A DNA stretch of 62,034 bases, counting the filler, from Choristocarpus tenellus KU-1152 (Eukaryota; Protista; Phaeophyceae): the NCBI GenBank assembly GCA_964200185.2. It is 8 parts of 8 records of this genome, joined end to end, with 100 filler letters (N's around TTAATTAATTAA, not from the genome) between each part and the next. Parts side by side here need not be neighbours in the genome. Positions count along the whole stretch, not along the records: positions 42,428 to 57,738 come from CAXNAD020001020.1; positions 57,839 to 62,034 come from CAXNAD020015748.1; 6 more parts are not named here. One strand, written 5' to 3'. The notes under the pieces were generated by a model. It had not been told where the DNA came from. It did not search any database and saw only the letters and a program-made list of their open reading frames with translations. Below are positions 49,119 through 59,855 of this stretch, one piece after another (the first letter of the stretch is position 1; every line of letters begins with the position of its first letter). The position numbers and the translations under genes are program-made.

Positions 49119-52100
49119 GAGAGGAATCAGTGCCTGATTTTGGAGCACACTAAACGAGCAACATGGGAAATTGACTTGAATGAATGGCAGGAGGGGATGG
49201 AGTCAGTTGTTGAGGTAAGCAATCACATATCCTTGTTTCTTGTTGACAAGCAATGCCGACTGGGATGGGATGCATCAGTACTGACTGTGATCACTACTAA
49301 GGGCGAGCAAACAAATCGTGGGCCTTGTTCAAATGCGAAAGTGATCCTAGTGTATTGGGTAAGCTAATTACGGAGATTCCAAACTATTGACTGCAACCAT
49401 TGTCGGCGTATCCAATCACCACATACTCAACAGAAATCTTGAACTGACAATGGTGACCTTCCCTGCCAATTGCCGCTTGCAGAGTGAGATCTTGAGGGGA
49501 CTGCTGAAGGACCAAGCTCAGTACAATGTTGCTGACTGGGCTGTTCTCCATTGCATGGATGATCTGGTACAAATGGAGCCCCTGCCTTTCTCCATTACAA
49601 ATCTCGTTTTACAGGATGCTGATTTGCGTTGCCATTTCAACATGTATTGGACTCAGACATTTGGCTATCAACACCCTTTTTTTCTTACTTCTTTCAGTTC
49701 AAAACATTAGGATATCTTGATGTGTTCAAAATGTTGCATTGATTTTAAATATCGCTCTGCTGAACCCTCAAGTGTCCTGTTGATATGAGATTTCTTGTTC
49801 ACTTGTTCAGGTAGCGGCTGTATATTCTAAGGTGATCCCCTATACTGCTGTGGACAGTGCCATTAAAGCAGTGTTTGACAGGTGAGAAATTCTATCTCAT
49901 GAGAGCTTATGAGTCCCTCTCAGGGCTTGTATAGAGGTATCTTCTGTGAGCATCGCTATCTCCATAATACCTTTGAATCAGAAAAAATCCTTAATGCTTT
50001 TTCTGAGCTCAAGACATGTGGATGCCTCTTGTTACAGACTGGGGAAGAGGCGGAGAACTTGACCCTCCCTGTTGCGCTTGCATTCCTCCCTCTACCTCAG
50101 AGCGATCCACACTGTGCTCCCTGTTGCACAAGTGGTTCAAAGTAATGAAGCTACTCCACAAACGAAGGTGACCTCTGAAAAAACAACCTTCAGCAGAATG
50201 AATGAAGTGCTGGCAGCCAAGAGTGGCTCACTCCACCATAGTACAGAAACATGCCCACACACTGTGGAGTACCAGCTCTAGAGATCTATCGTAGTAGGTT
50301 TCAACCCAGAGTTTAAGCTGAAATTTTTCTAAGAGCAAACCATGATACTCGGGAGAGAAAAAATGTTCTCACTGTTGTTTCAGGATAATATTCCACGCTC
50401 AGAGGCCAGCAGAGCACAATTCAAGGCTTACAATCCCCTGCTGTATTTCAAGGCAGCTATTGTGTAGACCTAGGCTTACTTTCTGACCTTGGTGCTATGA
50501 AACTGTTGCTGTTGGTGAACTTACAATGATTGGATCCTAGCAACAGCAATGACAATATCAAGTGTGAGGACTAAACCACCGTGCGATGACCTGTTGTTGG
50601 ATATTGACCTTAGTCTCAATGTCCATCCCATCTGTATACTAAAAAGGCGCTGCAAATGATCATTTCAAAGGGGAATACTCAGGAATATTTTTCAGCTAAT
50701 GACCCCTCAGATAATGACTGTGATGGACGGAGCTCACCAGCAGCTGAGGAGGAGAGCACCGGTGCGGTACATTGGGGTTTAGCCTTCAGCCCCCCCACCC
50801 TCTTTCAGCCTGATACTGAAACATTGACCTCGGCTCAAGCGTAGCAGTACTTAGAACCTCTGAGCATTTGCTCTTCTTCTTGTATATATCACTAACCCAT
50901 GAAACAAATGGATACCTTTGATACATCTGCTGCAGTGCTTATGGTGAGCTAGGGGTGAAGAGAGTAAGGTCGTTCCTGGACAATGTTTAAACCATAAAGT
51001 TATAGCCTTGTCCTACCAGCGCAAATGAGAGGGGTGCAATCATGTTACTGTGAAGAATTTATAGAGACAGGTGTAGCAATTGTGTACAAGGAGTAGTGCT
51101 GTCCTCCTCCCTGATATCCACCCAAGTCTTGAGCAACCAATGCGTGAAAGGATTTCCGACTACCACTAATGTACATGCCTGAAAGGGTAGGTGATGGTGA
51201 GGGTTGGGACCAGAGTGACCAGCCTTGGCTCTGGAGTATTCTTACGCCTACCAGACAGATTAAAAAATAATCTGTGTCATGAATGGTCTTTTCCACCGTG
51301 ATATCACTCAGCTCGTACAAGCTTCACACCTTTTCAATGTGTTCCGTGTCAATGTTGGGTGCAAATGCAATCTTGTGATCATTCTGTGATAGAACCTATT
51401 CATCAATAGATCAATGCGCCTTCTGGTACATCAAGTCCATTTGGTTGTGAGATACCTCTTTCCAACTTTTTCGTGTACAATGGCATCTAGTTTCAAGGTG
51501 GGAAGCCCTGTCAAGCCTAAACCTGCTACCACCTCCACTGCTGTTGATGCGTTAGCAATTGGAGTCAGCACTGGGCCCCAAGCAAATATCCTTGTGGGTG
51601 GTGGTGAGGAGAAAAAAGGGGCTGAACCTATCTGTGAGAGGGGAAAAGTTCTGGAAATGATGCAGAAGTACACCCAACCACAAGATGGGAAGAGAAAACG
51701 TCTGTTTGTCAGCTTTAGTGCTGATGTGCAGGTACGAGAAAAGAGATTTATGTAACATTTGGAAGTCTCGTTGTGTATATATTGAGGTGTGGGCAAGAGT
51801 GTGTTACCCTTCTTTGAAACATGGACAAAGTTCAAGGGGACGTGCAAGGTAATCCAGAACGTTTCTGGCCATAGTAGTAACAACCACAGTCTGCCCACCT
51901 TAGCATGGATCTCAAGCTGAAAACTCTCTTAAATTGTTTCTCTTTTGCTGTATGCAACTATGAAACTGTGATTAAGGATAGATCCTTCCAGGATTGACCT
52001 CAATAGGGGGAGACAAACGAATTTGATATTTAATCCATAAAACCAAATCATTGATGTACGAGGAGCAAGGAATGCCTGCATCTATTTTACCAATCCTGAG

Positions 52101-52356
52101 CTTACTATCCGAACCCAACTTCACCTTTTGACCTCATGCTGATGCATAAAGAGGTCCAAGACATTCACCTGTGCTGCCCTTACACTGAACTCACCCTCCC
52201 AATACCTGCGCGGAGTAGGACTCACTAAGGTGGTACTGTAGTCAGCCGTCTGGATCACTGCTGCAAAATGCAAAGAGAATGCCCTCATGGTTACGCCTGA
52301 GAGATGGTTGGACCAAAGAAAAAATGACTTTCGACCAGAAGGCAGGTCTTCTTCAG
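49119..52356 (+). CDS. Tentative upstream exons of the pseudokinase gene (49119-49214, 49483-49566, 49811-49881, ~51491-51731, ~52242-52356)
   Basis: Open AG/GT-bounded segments, e.g. ERNQCLILEHTKRATWEIDLNEWQEGMESVVE|gtaagc, SEILRGLLKDQAQYNVADWAVLHCMDDL and VAAVYSKVIPYTAVDSAIKAVFD|gtgag. No domain was recognised and the exon chain is not fully resolved. Confidence 0.45.
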
Positions 52357-52749
52357 GTATGTTCAACAAGAGCAAGAGCAGAGTGTTGGCCAAGGGAAGC
52401 ATATGAGGAACTGGAAGGAGAAGTGTATCATTTTGGAAAGAAGAAAAAAGCTCTCACAATAACTACTAGGAAGGTGCCTGTATGTATAGTGCTAGGTTAC
52501 CTCCAAAGCTGCTGTTTATGGTGACCGGATATATGCAGGCGGCGTATCACATGATAGACAACCTACCATACATTCCTCAGACTGGTGCAAAATGTGTGCT
52601 CTTAACGAGCTAGGCATTAACTTCCCCTACCATACGTAGAAACAGATGGTCAGGGGGAGAAATGAGTAGGGCAAGAAACTCAGGGATGCTCCCCCTCCTT
52701 ATGCAGCTCACACTTACATTAAAGTTGTCAAAATGTGCTCAATGAGCAG

Positions 52750-55700
52750 GGGTGCACCGTTGAACTCTTGGAAAGGGAGCGAGAAGTGTTGGAGAAGAGA
52801 GAGAGGGAAAGACGCAGCATGTTCAGAGAGGAACAAGTAAGAACTTAATCAATAGACAAAAGTCCTCTTGATGCATCTCTGTTTCAGATTATTCCGTCCA
52901 AAGAGACAGTGAATGGATCCGAGTGAAAGTATCTTAGAGGGTACGAGTTTTGCCCTGTTTGTCCATTTGGGGCTTGGTTTCCCACGGGGTTTTTGTCATA
53001 TTTTTCCTACTCCAAAATGTTTCGGAGTAGGTAATATGTTTATGTTATGAAAAGGTGCGTCCGGAACAAGGATACTGACACTTCCTAACAAATACGACGG
53101 ATAAAATTACATGGAAATTGCAACATTGGATTTCGGCCCCCGAATGGACGCGGCCCTAACCTCTAAGATACTTTGACTCTCCCACATACAGTAGACTTAC
53201 GTTCCCTGGTGATACGCACTATATCCTGAGTTTTCCTTTTGCTGCCGAAAATATTATTCATACCTCCCAGCAAAAGGTAAACTACAAGGACTGCTCTTTC
53301 TATGCCATAGTGGGTAGCTTGTACACCTTTGGATACCAAGGACTCATCTATGGAAGCTTTGTTTCCCAGGAGGAATGTGTCTGGACTTGCCCTGTAATTC
53401 TGCACCTCTTCTGGAAATGTGTTTTACAACCTTACCTGCAGCTCCTTTAAGGAGGGTCCTAGAGGACTGACAGAGGGCAGCACTGCGATGAAGGAAACAA
53501 GATGAAGAAATTGTCCACATATGTTTCTTTGCTGCTCAATGGGTCAAGACCGGAAGCAAGGAATAAGCAGGCTTGCCCTCATCATATGTAGCACTCTTTG
53601 GGTTGGAAACGGAGCAAATGTAGCGGCATAGAGTAGGAAGCTCCCTTCTACCTTATTATGGATCACCTCCTTGATAAAGAGTGCTGCAGGACATGCCTGG
53701 TCAGGTCATAAAGATAAACATCCCCTTACTCATCTTGCTTAAATAACAGAGGAAGAGACTACAATAGCATGAGCCAATTTAATTCTCTTGACAATCTCCT
53801 AGTTACAACGTAGGGAAGATGAAGGACTCCGCCGAGCAGTGGAGAGGCAACCTCGAGAGGAGCAGGAGGCTGGATGTCGAAAATTTTGTAAATTTATGGA
53901 TACTATAGAGCGGCGGCACTCTAACTTATCACGACTACGGTGGGAGCTGACGGAAGAATCAGACATGATACAGGTGACTGAGAGCGTGTCATTTGCAGTC
54001 CCTCATTGCTCACTTTCCTGGGCTTGGACAATCTGTCTGTGTGAAACCCAGGAAAGGCAAGGAGGTTGGTTGGGACCTGAGCACAGCAATCGTAGGAGCT
54101 ACATATATTGCATGTCATGTTGACCTGTTCTTACTCATTCATGAGGAACCGATATCTCCAGGCCAGCATTTCAACTGCCCAGTAACAAAGTTGCCCCCTG
54201 CTGTGATACTTCATTCATCGTTTTGAGTGCAGGGTACAACAGTGAGGTTAAGAGATGCAGCCACAAATAGACGTTATATCTGCCGCATCATGCCCTGCCA
54301 AGATCAGGATGAAAGAACAAATATTTTGAAGGAGTTATCGTGCATCCAGGTGAGGTACCTCAAATCAGTCTGAACAGGTGTGTGAAAGTATCTTAAAGGT
54401 TACGAGTTTTGCCCTGTTTGTCCCTTTGGTGCTTGGCTTCCCATGGGGTTTTTTATGACATTTTCCGACTCCAAAATGTTTAGGAGTAGGTAAAATATAT
54501 ACATTATATAAAGGTGTGTCTGGAACAAGGATATTGACACTTACTAACAAACATGATAGCCAAAATTATATCAAAATCACAACATTGGATTTTGACCCCC
54601 CAAATGGACACCGCTCTACCCTCTAAGATACTTTGGCTCATTGGCCATTTGTTGATGCTCTAGAGGTCTAGTGAATGATTGCAAAAGTGTCTCTACACTT
54701 TTCACAGATCGGGCACCACATATCCCTTTACTCCTCTCCCCACTCTCAATTATTTTCACACCAGGACATCCAAAACCCCAATTTGGTCAAGGTCAAGGAT
54801 GTCTACACACACCATATTGCCCTTTATGGAGAAAATGGGGAACAGACCACTGGGCAGATTGTAATTATTGTCCTTATTGAGCATTGTGCTGGAGGAAGGC
54901 TAAAGGACCAAATGGGTAGTTCAAGTATGACGTTGGTCGCCTCCCAGGTATCTTCCCATAGAAAAGTCGAAAGTTTTGATACATCGAGTGAGGCATGCTT
55001 TACGAACAATCAGGAAAGAAAGAGTTCCAGGGTCACTCCTCCACTTGAATGCTGGGATCCACAACTACTGAGTGCTGTACCCTGCTGTAGAAAGCTGGAG
55101 AGGTGGGTATGCCAGGTAAGAGCATATATTTACTATCAGCTGGTTGAGTTCACAACTTTAGTTCTTTTAACTTGGAGAGATTTAGGAGTAGGCAATGAAT
55201 CTTCTATGGAGTCTGTGGCAAAGTGTCGCATTTGAAATCTCATCCTGCAATGCAACATATCATGTATCCTTTATCTACATCTCTGTGCCGGCCTCACTCT
55301 TCATTCTTGTATCTTCATTCCTCCATTCTATGTCACGACTATGCCCTCTGTTGTACCATCATTGAGGTTCAGGTTGCACATGCTCTATCTGCAATGCACA
55401 AAGAGGGAGTAGTGCACCGTAACATCAATGCTGGAAATGTATATCTGGATGAGAGGGGAAGGGCAAAGCTTGGTGGATATCAGTGCCTTAAGGTGGTTTC
55501 GTTTCCCTGATATGCCGATAGTTTGTGCAGTGCAATGGAATACTGGTCAAGATCCTGCAAGGCACATGCTTATGGTCTAGTGTTGAGAGCTTGTAGCATA
55601 CTATTTTCTGTTGGTTCTCTCACTAGTATACTGTTTCTGAGACATTGGAGCAAGGAGTTCCACACGCCTCAATCATCTTGTAGAAACTTCTGTGGTGATA

Positions 55701-56675
55701 ATTTGCAACTTCAAAGTTCAGATTGTGCTCGTGGATCGGAGTAATGCTATTATGAGGAAAGGGGAACAATTCTTTCCTATGTATTCTCTGTCCACCTTCC
55801 ACTTGTTCCAGTACTGTTAGCTCCTTTCTTAATCTTCTTTTTGTGAATGATATCGCTTGTCAGGGCAAAGAGTCAAAGTGCATTAGCTGCAGCAGTTGTT
55901 TTTTTCTCACTTGAGGTAACAAACTGGAAGGACTCCTTGCCACCTCAAAATGCCATTTTTCCACTAGACTTTAGATTGCCAATATTTTCATCCTTCAACC
56001 TGGATCGCTACAGGCCTCACAGTGGCCTGGGCTTGATTGCTTTCAAGGAGGATATGGCTATCCTGCCTGCACACCGCCAGAGTACCACCTTACAGGCATT
56101 GCCTCTCCTGAGGTGCGGGGAGGATACTGAATTCTATGATGTAGGTTCACCATTACATACACCAATATTGTGCAATGGTCAAGGATAGAACATGTGTTCA
56201 TCTTCCCCTCTGTTCTCTGTTGAGATACCATGCCTTTCCTGTGAGGTTGAACTGCACTTCTTGCTCTCAAGAGGGGAACTTTGTAGATGCTACGTAGAAG
56301 TTGACCTCTAATTTGTTCTGTCCAAGACCTGTTCATTGGGTCAGATTTGAATCCAGTGAGGGACAGCTATATGCCGAGTACCTCAAAGTATCAAAAAGAT
56401 ACCTCAAGTACTTCAAACTAGCAAGAGATCCCTCCCTTCCCAGCTCCTTCCTAGCACAACACTATAGTCAGCCGATCATCAATCACATCTCCCGCCTTTT
56501 CACCTCTCATACATATCCGTGTTTGTACAATGACCGGTTATAGGGCGACATATGGTCCCTGGGGTGTGCCCTCTACATGTGGACCACTGGGTGCAAGTTC
56601 TGGTACTTGTCATGTGGCAAAGTTAGGGCCCTGGACAACGCCCTTCAGCAGGTTCCTTGCCACTTTGGCAACAAG
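52750..56675 (+). CDS. Coiled-coil plus NEK-like protein kinase-fold protein, predicted pseudokinase (3' end not located)
   Basis: Phase-0 exons 52750-52836, 53803-53973, 54233-54349, 54765-55115, 55373-55492, 56014-56112 and 56544-56675. Kinase subdomains are RYICRIMP, ILKELSCIQ, NPNLVKVKD, IEHCAGGRL, HKEGVVHRNINAGNVYLD, KLGGY, TPPE and GDIWSLGC. Confidence 0.85.
52921..53179 (+). mobile_element. MITE family 1, copy E (intronic), TSD TCC
   Basis: tcc|gagtgaaagtatcttagagggta...cctctaagatactttgactc|tcc. Confidence 0.9.
54380..54639 (+). mobile_element. MITE family 1, copy F (intronic)
   Basis: gtgtgaaagtatcttaaagg...taccctctaagatactttggctc; TSD not preserved. Confidence 0.85.
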
Positions 56676-56899
56676 GCAAGTTACACTAGAAGCTGGGATG
56701 TGATTGGTTGGGTTGTCAAGAGCATCTCAGCGTTTTGGTACCATAGAAGAAAAGTAAATGAACTTCCCTGCCCTCTTCCCAGCCAGTACTAAGGACGAGA
56801 CCCATTCAGTGTACCTCCATTAATACTGTTGAAAGCAGACCGTGGGTTCCTTAGGCATAAAAAAAACCCTGTGAAGATTTTTGCAGTGTTGATGTCCAC

Positions 56900-57261
56900 T
56901 GGGGAACCACCACCTCCTATGGAACCACCACAGTTTTTTTCCTTCCACTTTTTTGAATACATGTTCGAAATCCTAACCCTAACCCCAACTCTAACTTGTG
57001 TGTGACAAGTATACCTAACTGACCAAGGAAAGTTTCTGGGGGAAGTTCCACAGTGTAGTGCAGCTGTACAGCGTGCACAGGAGAAGAATTACCTCTCAAG
57101 GATTCGCTGCTGTAATCTTTTTTTCACTTTTTCATACACATTTTCGAAGTCAAACCCTAACCCTGACCCTGACCCTGACCTGTGTAACAAAACCCCTAAC
57201 CTTTATGTGAAGAATTGAAAAAAATATGGTTGTGGTGGCTCCCCAAAGTGATGGTTCCCCA
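56900..57261. mobile_element. Small TIR-bounded element containing internal direct repeats with ccctaa tracts
   Basis: Ends tggggaacca / tggttcccca, with a second nested ggaaccaccac / gtggtggctcc pair and two internal cactttt...ttcgaa...ccctaaccc...tgtgt..caa blocks. Confidence 0.5.
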
Positions 57262-57483
57262 ATATATGCCGATGTCATCCCAGATTTTTACATATGCATG
57301 TTCAGACAATGTGTGCATGGCTGCAGTAGGTGGTCAAGGTAGAAATACATTGCAAAACATTAAAGTGTATACAGTAGTACGCCTCTTTTGACATCATCAG
57401 ATACTTCGCTTTCACCTTGTTGTCATCTCCCTAACCCTCTGCTCTCTATTTTAAATGTCATCAATAGTACAAGATCAAATAAT

Positions 57484-57723
57484 GAATGAAAGTATCTTAG
57501 AGGGTACGAGTTTTGCCCTGTTAGACTGTTTGGTTCCCACGGGTATTTTATGACATTTTGCCTTCTCCAAAACATTTCAGAGTAGATAAAATGTATACAT
57601 TTCGAAAAGACGTGTCCGGAACAAGGATATTGACACTTCCTAACATGCACGATTAGCCAAAATTACATCAAAATCGCAACATTGGATTTTGGCCCCCAAA
57701 TGGACGCGGCTCTACCCTCTAAA
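57484..57723 (+). mobile_element. MITE family 1, copy G (right TIR incomplete)
   Basis: gaatgaaagtatcttagagggtacgag...tctaccctctaa. Confidence 0.85.
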
Positions 57724-57847
57724 ACGTCATAAAAGGACNNNNNNNNNNNNNNNNNNNNNNNNNNNNNNNNNNNNNNNNNNNNTTAATTAATTAANNNNNN
57801 NNNNNNNNNNNNNNNNNNNNNNNNNNNNNNNNNNNNNNTCTTCTAAG

Positions 57848-59271
57848 GTGTGCCCTTCAACCTTCAGTGGAGTGGATGGTGAAGACGGCCTTCATGAGAG
57901 GATGGCCAAGACTTTATTGGAGGGCTGGTGAGAGCCTTTGTGACATTGATTTTCTTGCTACCTATGCTGGACTGAAGGAGTAGGTACATGCATACATACA
58001 TACATACATACATACATACATACATACATACATACATACATACATACATAGGGTACATGCTATATTTTTTCAAACAACTCTATGCAAATTGCCTTGCTGA
58101 AATTAGTGGTAAGCATGATTAGCTCCATCGAGAGCGTGTTAGGGTTAGGATTACTTGTGGTTGAATACGTTATTTCAATTATCAGGTTTAGTTGTAGATT
58201 TTGTGCGGATGATCTTGAGTTTGCTGTGGGTGAGTTGTGGGGTGTGAATGTGTGAATGTGTGAATGTGAAATCGAAGGTTAGGGTTAGGGTTAGGGTTAG
58301 GGTTAGTTGAAGATGGTCAAGAGATTCATGATGGAAGTGAGCTGTTCTGTTCTGATGCTGGGTTAGGGCTAGGGTTGGTGATGCAATCGAGAGTGATGTG
58401 CGTATTCCATCCGCATGGTCTTACGACTCTGGCTCTAGTATGTCCAGTGTTGGTTATCAAGCTTTCAAGAGTAGGTGAACAATGGAGAAGGTAGGGGGTG
58501 CGGATTTTTTTTTTTTTTTTGGCAGTAAGGGATGTCCAGTTTCCACCTTAGACGAGCAGGATGAACAGGGTGGATTTAACAAACCGTCCAACTTCATGTC
58601 CCCCTCGATTTTTTTCTTTCTTCTTATGTTGTTCTTAGTATGGTATAGTATTGTATAGTATGGTCCTTCAATGTGGTGTGTATGGTATGATACTTCAATG
58701 CTGTCTGTATGGTATGAACTGCGTGGTGATGTCACCACCTCAAGAAATGCGATACATTGGCATGTTTCAAGGAAAGAGTGAAAACCATACCTGTCAACTA
58801 CACTTTGTGGATTGATTATCTTCCCCTTTGTAAGTTTGACTGTGGAGCTCAAGAATAGAAAAAAATGTCTGCAGCACATTTATTTTCACCAAGAAACACG
58901 CTTCTCTTACACTAAACTTTTTTTTAGTTCACTTTGTCCAGCTAAGTATTGACCTCCCCATCCACCCCCGCTCCCACCTCTTTCCATTGACCGTAATGAT
59001 CCCAAGGGACCTCGCGGTTCCCCATGCAAACACCAGGCGAGAGCGTTCAGCTCATCAACGCAAGCTTCTTTACACAGCAGGCATTAGTGTCTGTGGGATA
59101 TTCCTTGCATGGGGAGGGGTTCGTGCCTGGCAGCACCTTGGAGATGGAAGGGGTAATCGTGCTGGGGGGCAAGTTACTACAGAAGGAAAAGGGCAACGTA
59201 AGAGTGCAAGCCAGGCCTTGCTGGGTGTGGCCAGTGTGGCTATGAACACATGGCGGAGATTGAAGGGATAG
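57848..59271 (+). CDS. 3' exons of an unknown protein with a C-terminal transmembrane segment (~57848-57979 and 59007-59271)
   Basis: ALQPSVEWMVKTAFMRGWPRLYWRAGESLCDIDFLATYAGLK(E)|gtaggt is phase-compatible with aag|(E)DLAVPHANTRRERSAHQRKLLYTAGISVCGIFLAWGGVRAWQ...RRLKG*. Confidence 0.4.
57991..58050 (+). repeat. (CATA)n microsatellite
   Basis: About 15 perfect units. Confidence 0.95.
58277..58305 (+). repeat. Interstitial telomere-like (TTAGGG)n tract; shorter tracts at ~39552, 41161, 43187, 44383, 56971, 57152, 59318
   Basis: aggttagggttagggttagggttagggttag. Confidence 0.85.
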
Positions 59272-59596
59272 AAGGCATGAGGCAGGACCTCTGTTGGAGG
59301 TGTTTGTTTGGCAACTCTTAGGGTTAGGGTTAGCCCTACCTCTGTTAGACATGTGCCAAGGGACATTTTTTTTAATATATTCTACTTTCTGTGTTTTGTG
59401 CTGTTGCATTTAGTTTTTTTTCTGATGTGGCACTTTTATTGGTTGTTGGATGTTCGTGATCGTTGGGAGGTGGTCAGAGTCGTTTAATACAAATGGTGTA
59501 CTTGAAATGGCAGGGAGAAACTTCACATTTGTTGGACTCTGGCGTCGATATCATCATCGAATTTAACTATGAGATCGCCAAAGAGTGAATCACGTG

Positions 59597-59855
59597 GAGT
59601 GAAAGTATCTTAGAGGGTACGAGTTTTGCCCTGTTTGTCCATTTAGGGCTTGTCTACCCATGGTTTCTTTTATGACATTTACCTACTCCAAAATGTTTAG
59701 GAGTAGGTAAAGTGTGTATGTTATGAAAAGGTGGGTCTTGAACATGGATATTGACACTTCATTACAAACACGATAACCAAAATTTCATCAAAATCGCAAA
59801 ATTGGATTTTGGCCCCCAAATGGACGCGGCTCTACCCTCTAAGATACTTTGCCTC
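59597..59855 (+). mobile_element. MITE family 1, copy H, TSD GTG
   Basis: gtg|gagtgaaagtatcttagagggta...taccctctaagatactttgcctc|gtg. Confidence 0.9.
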
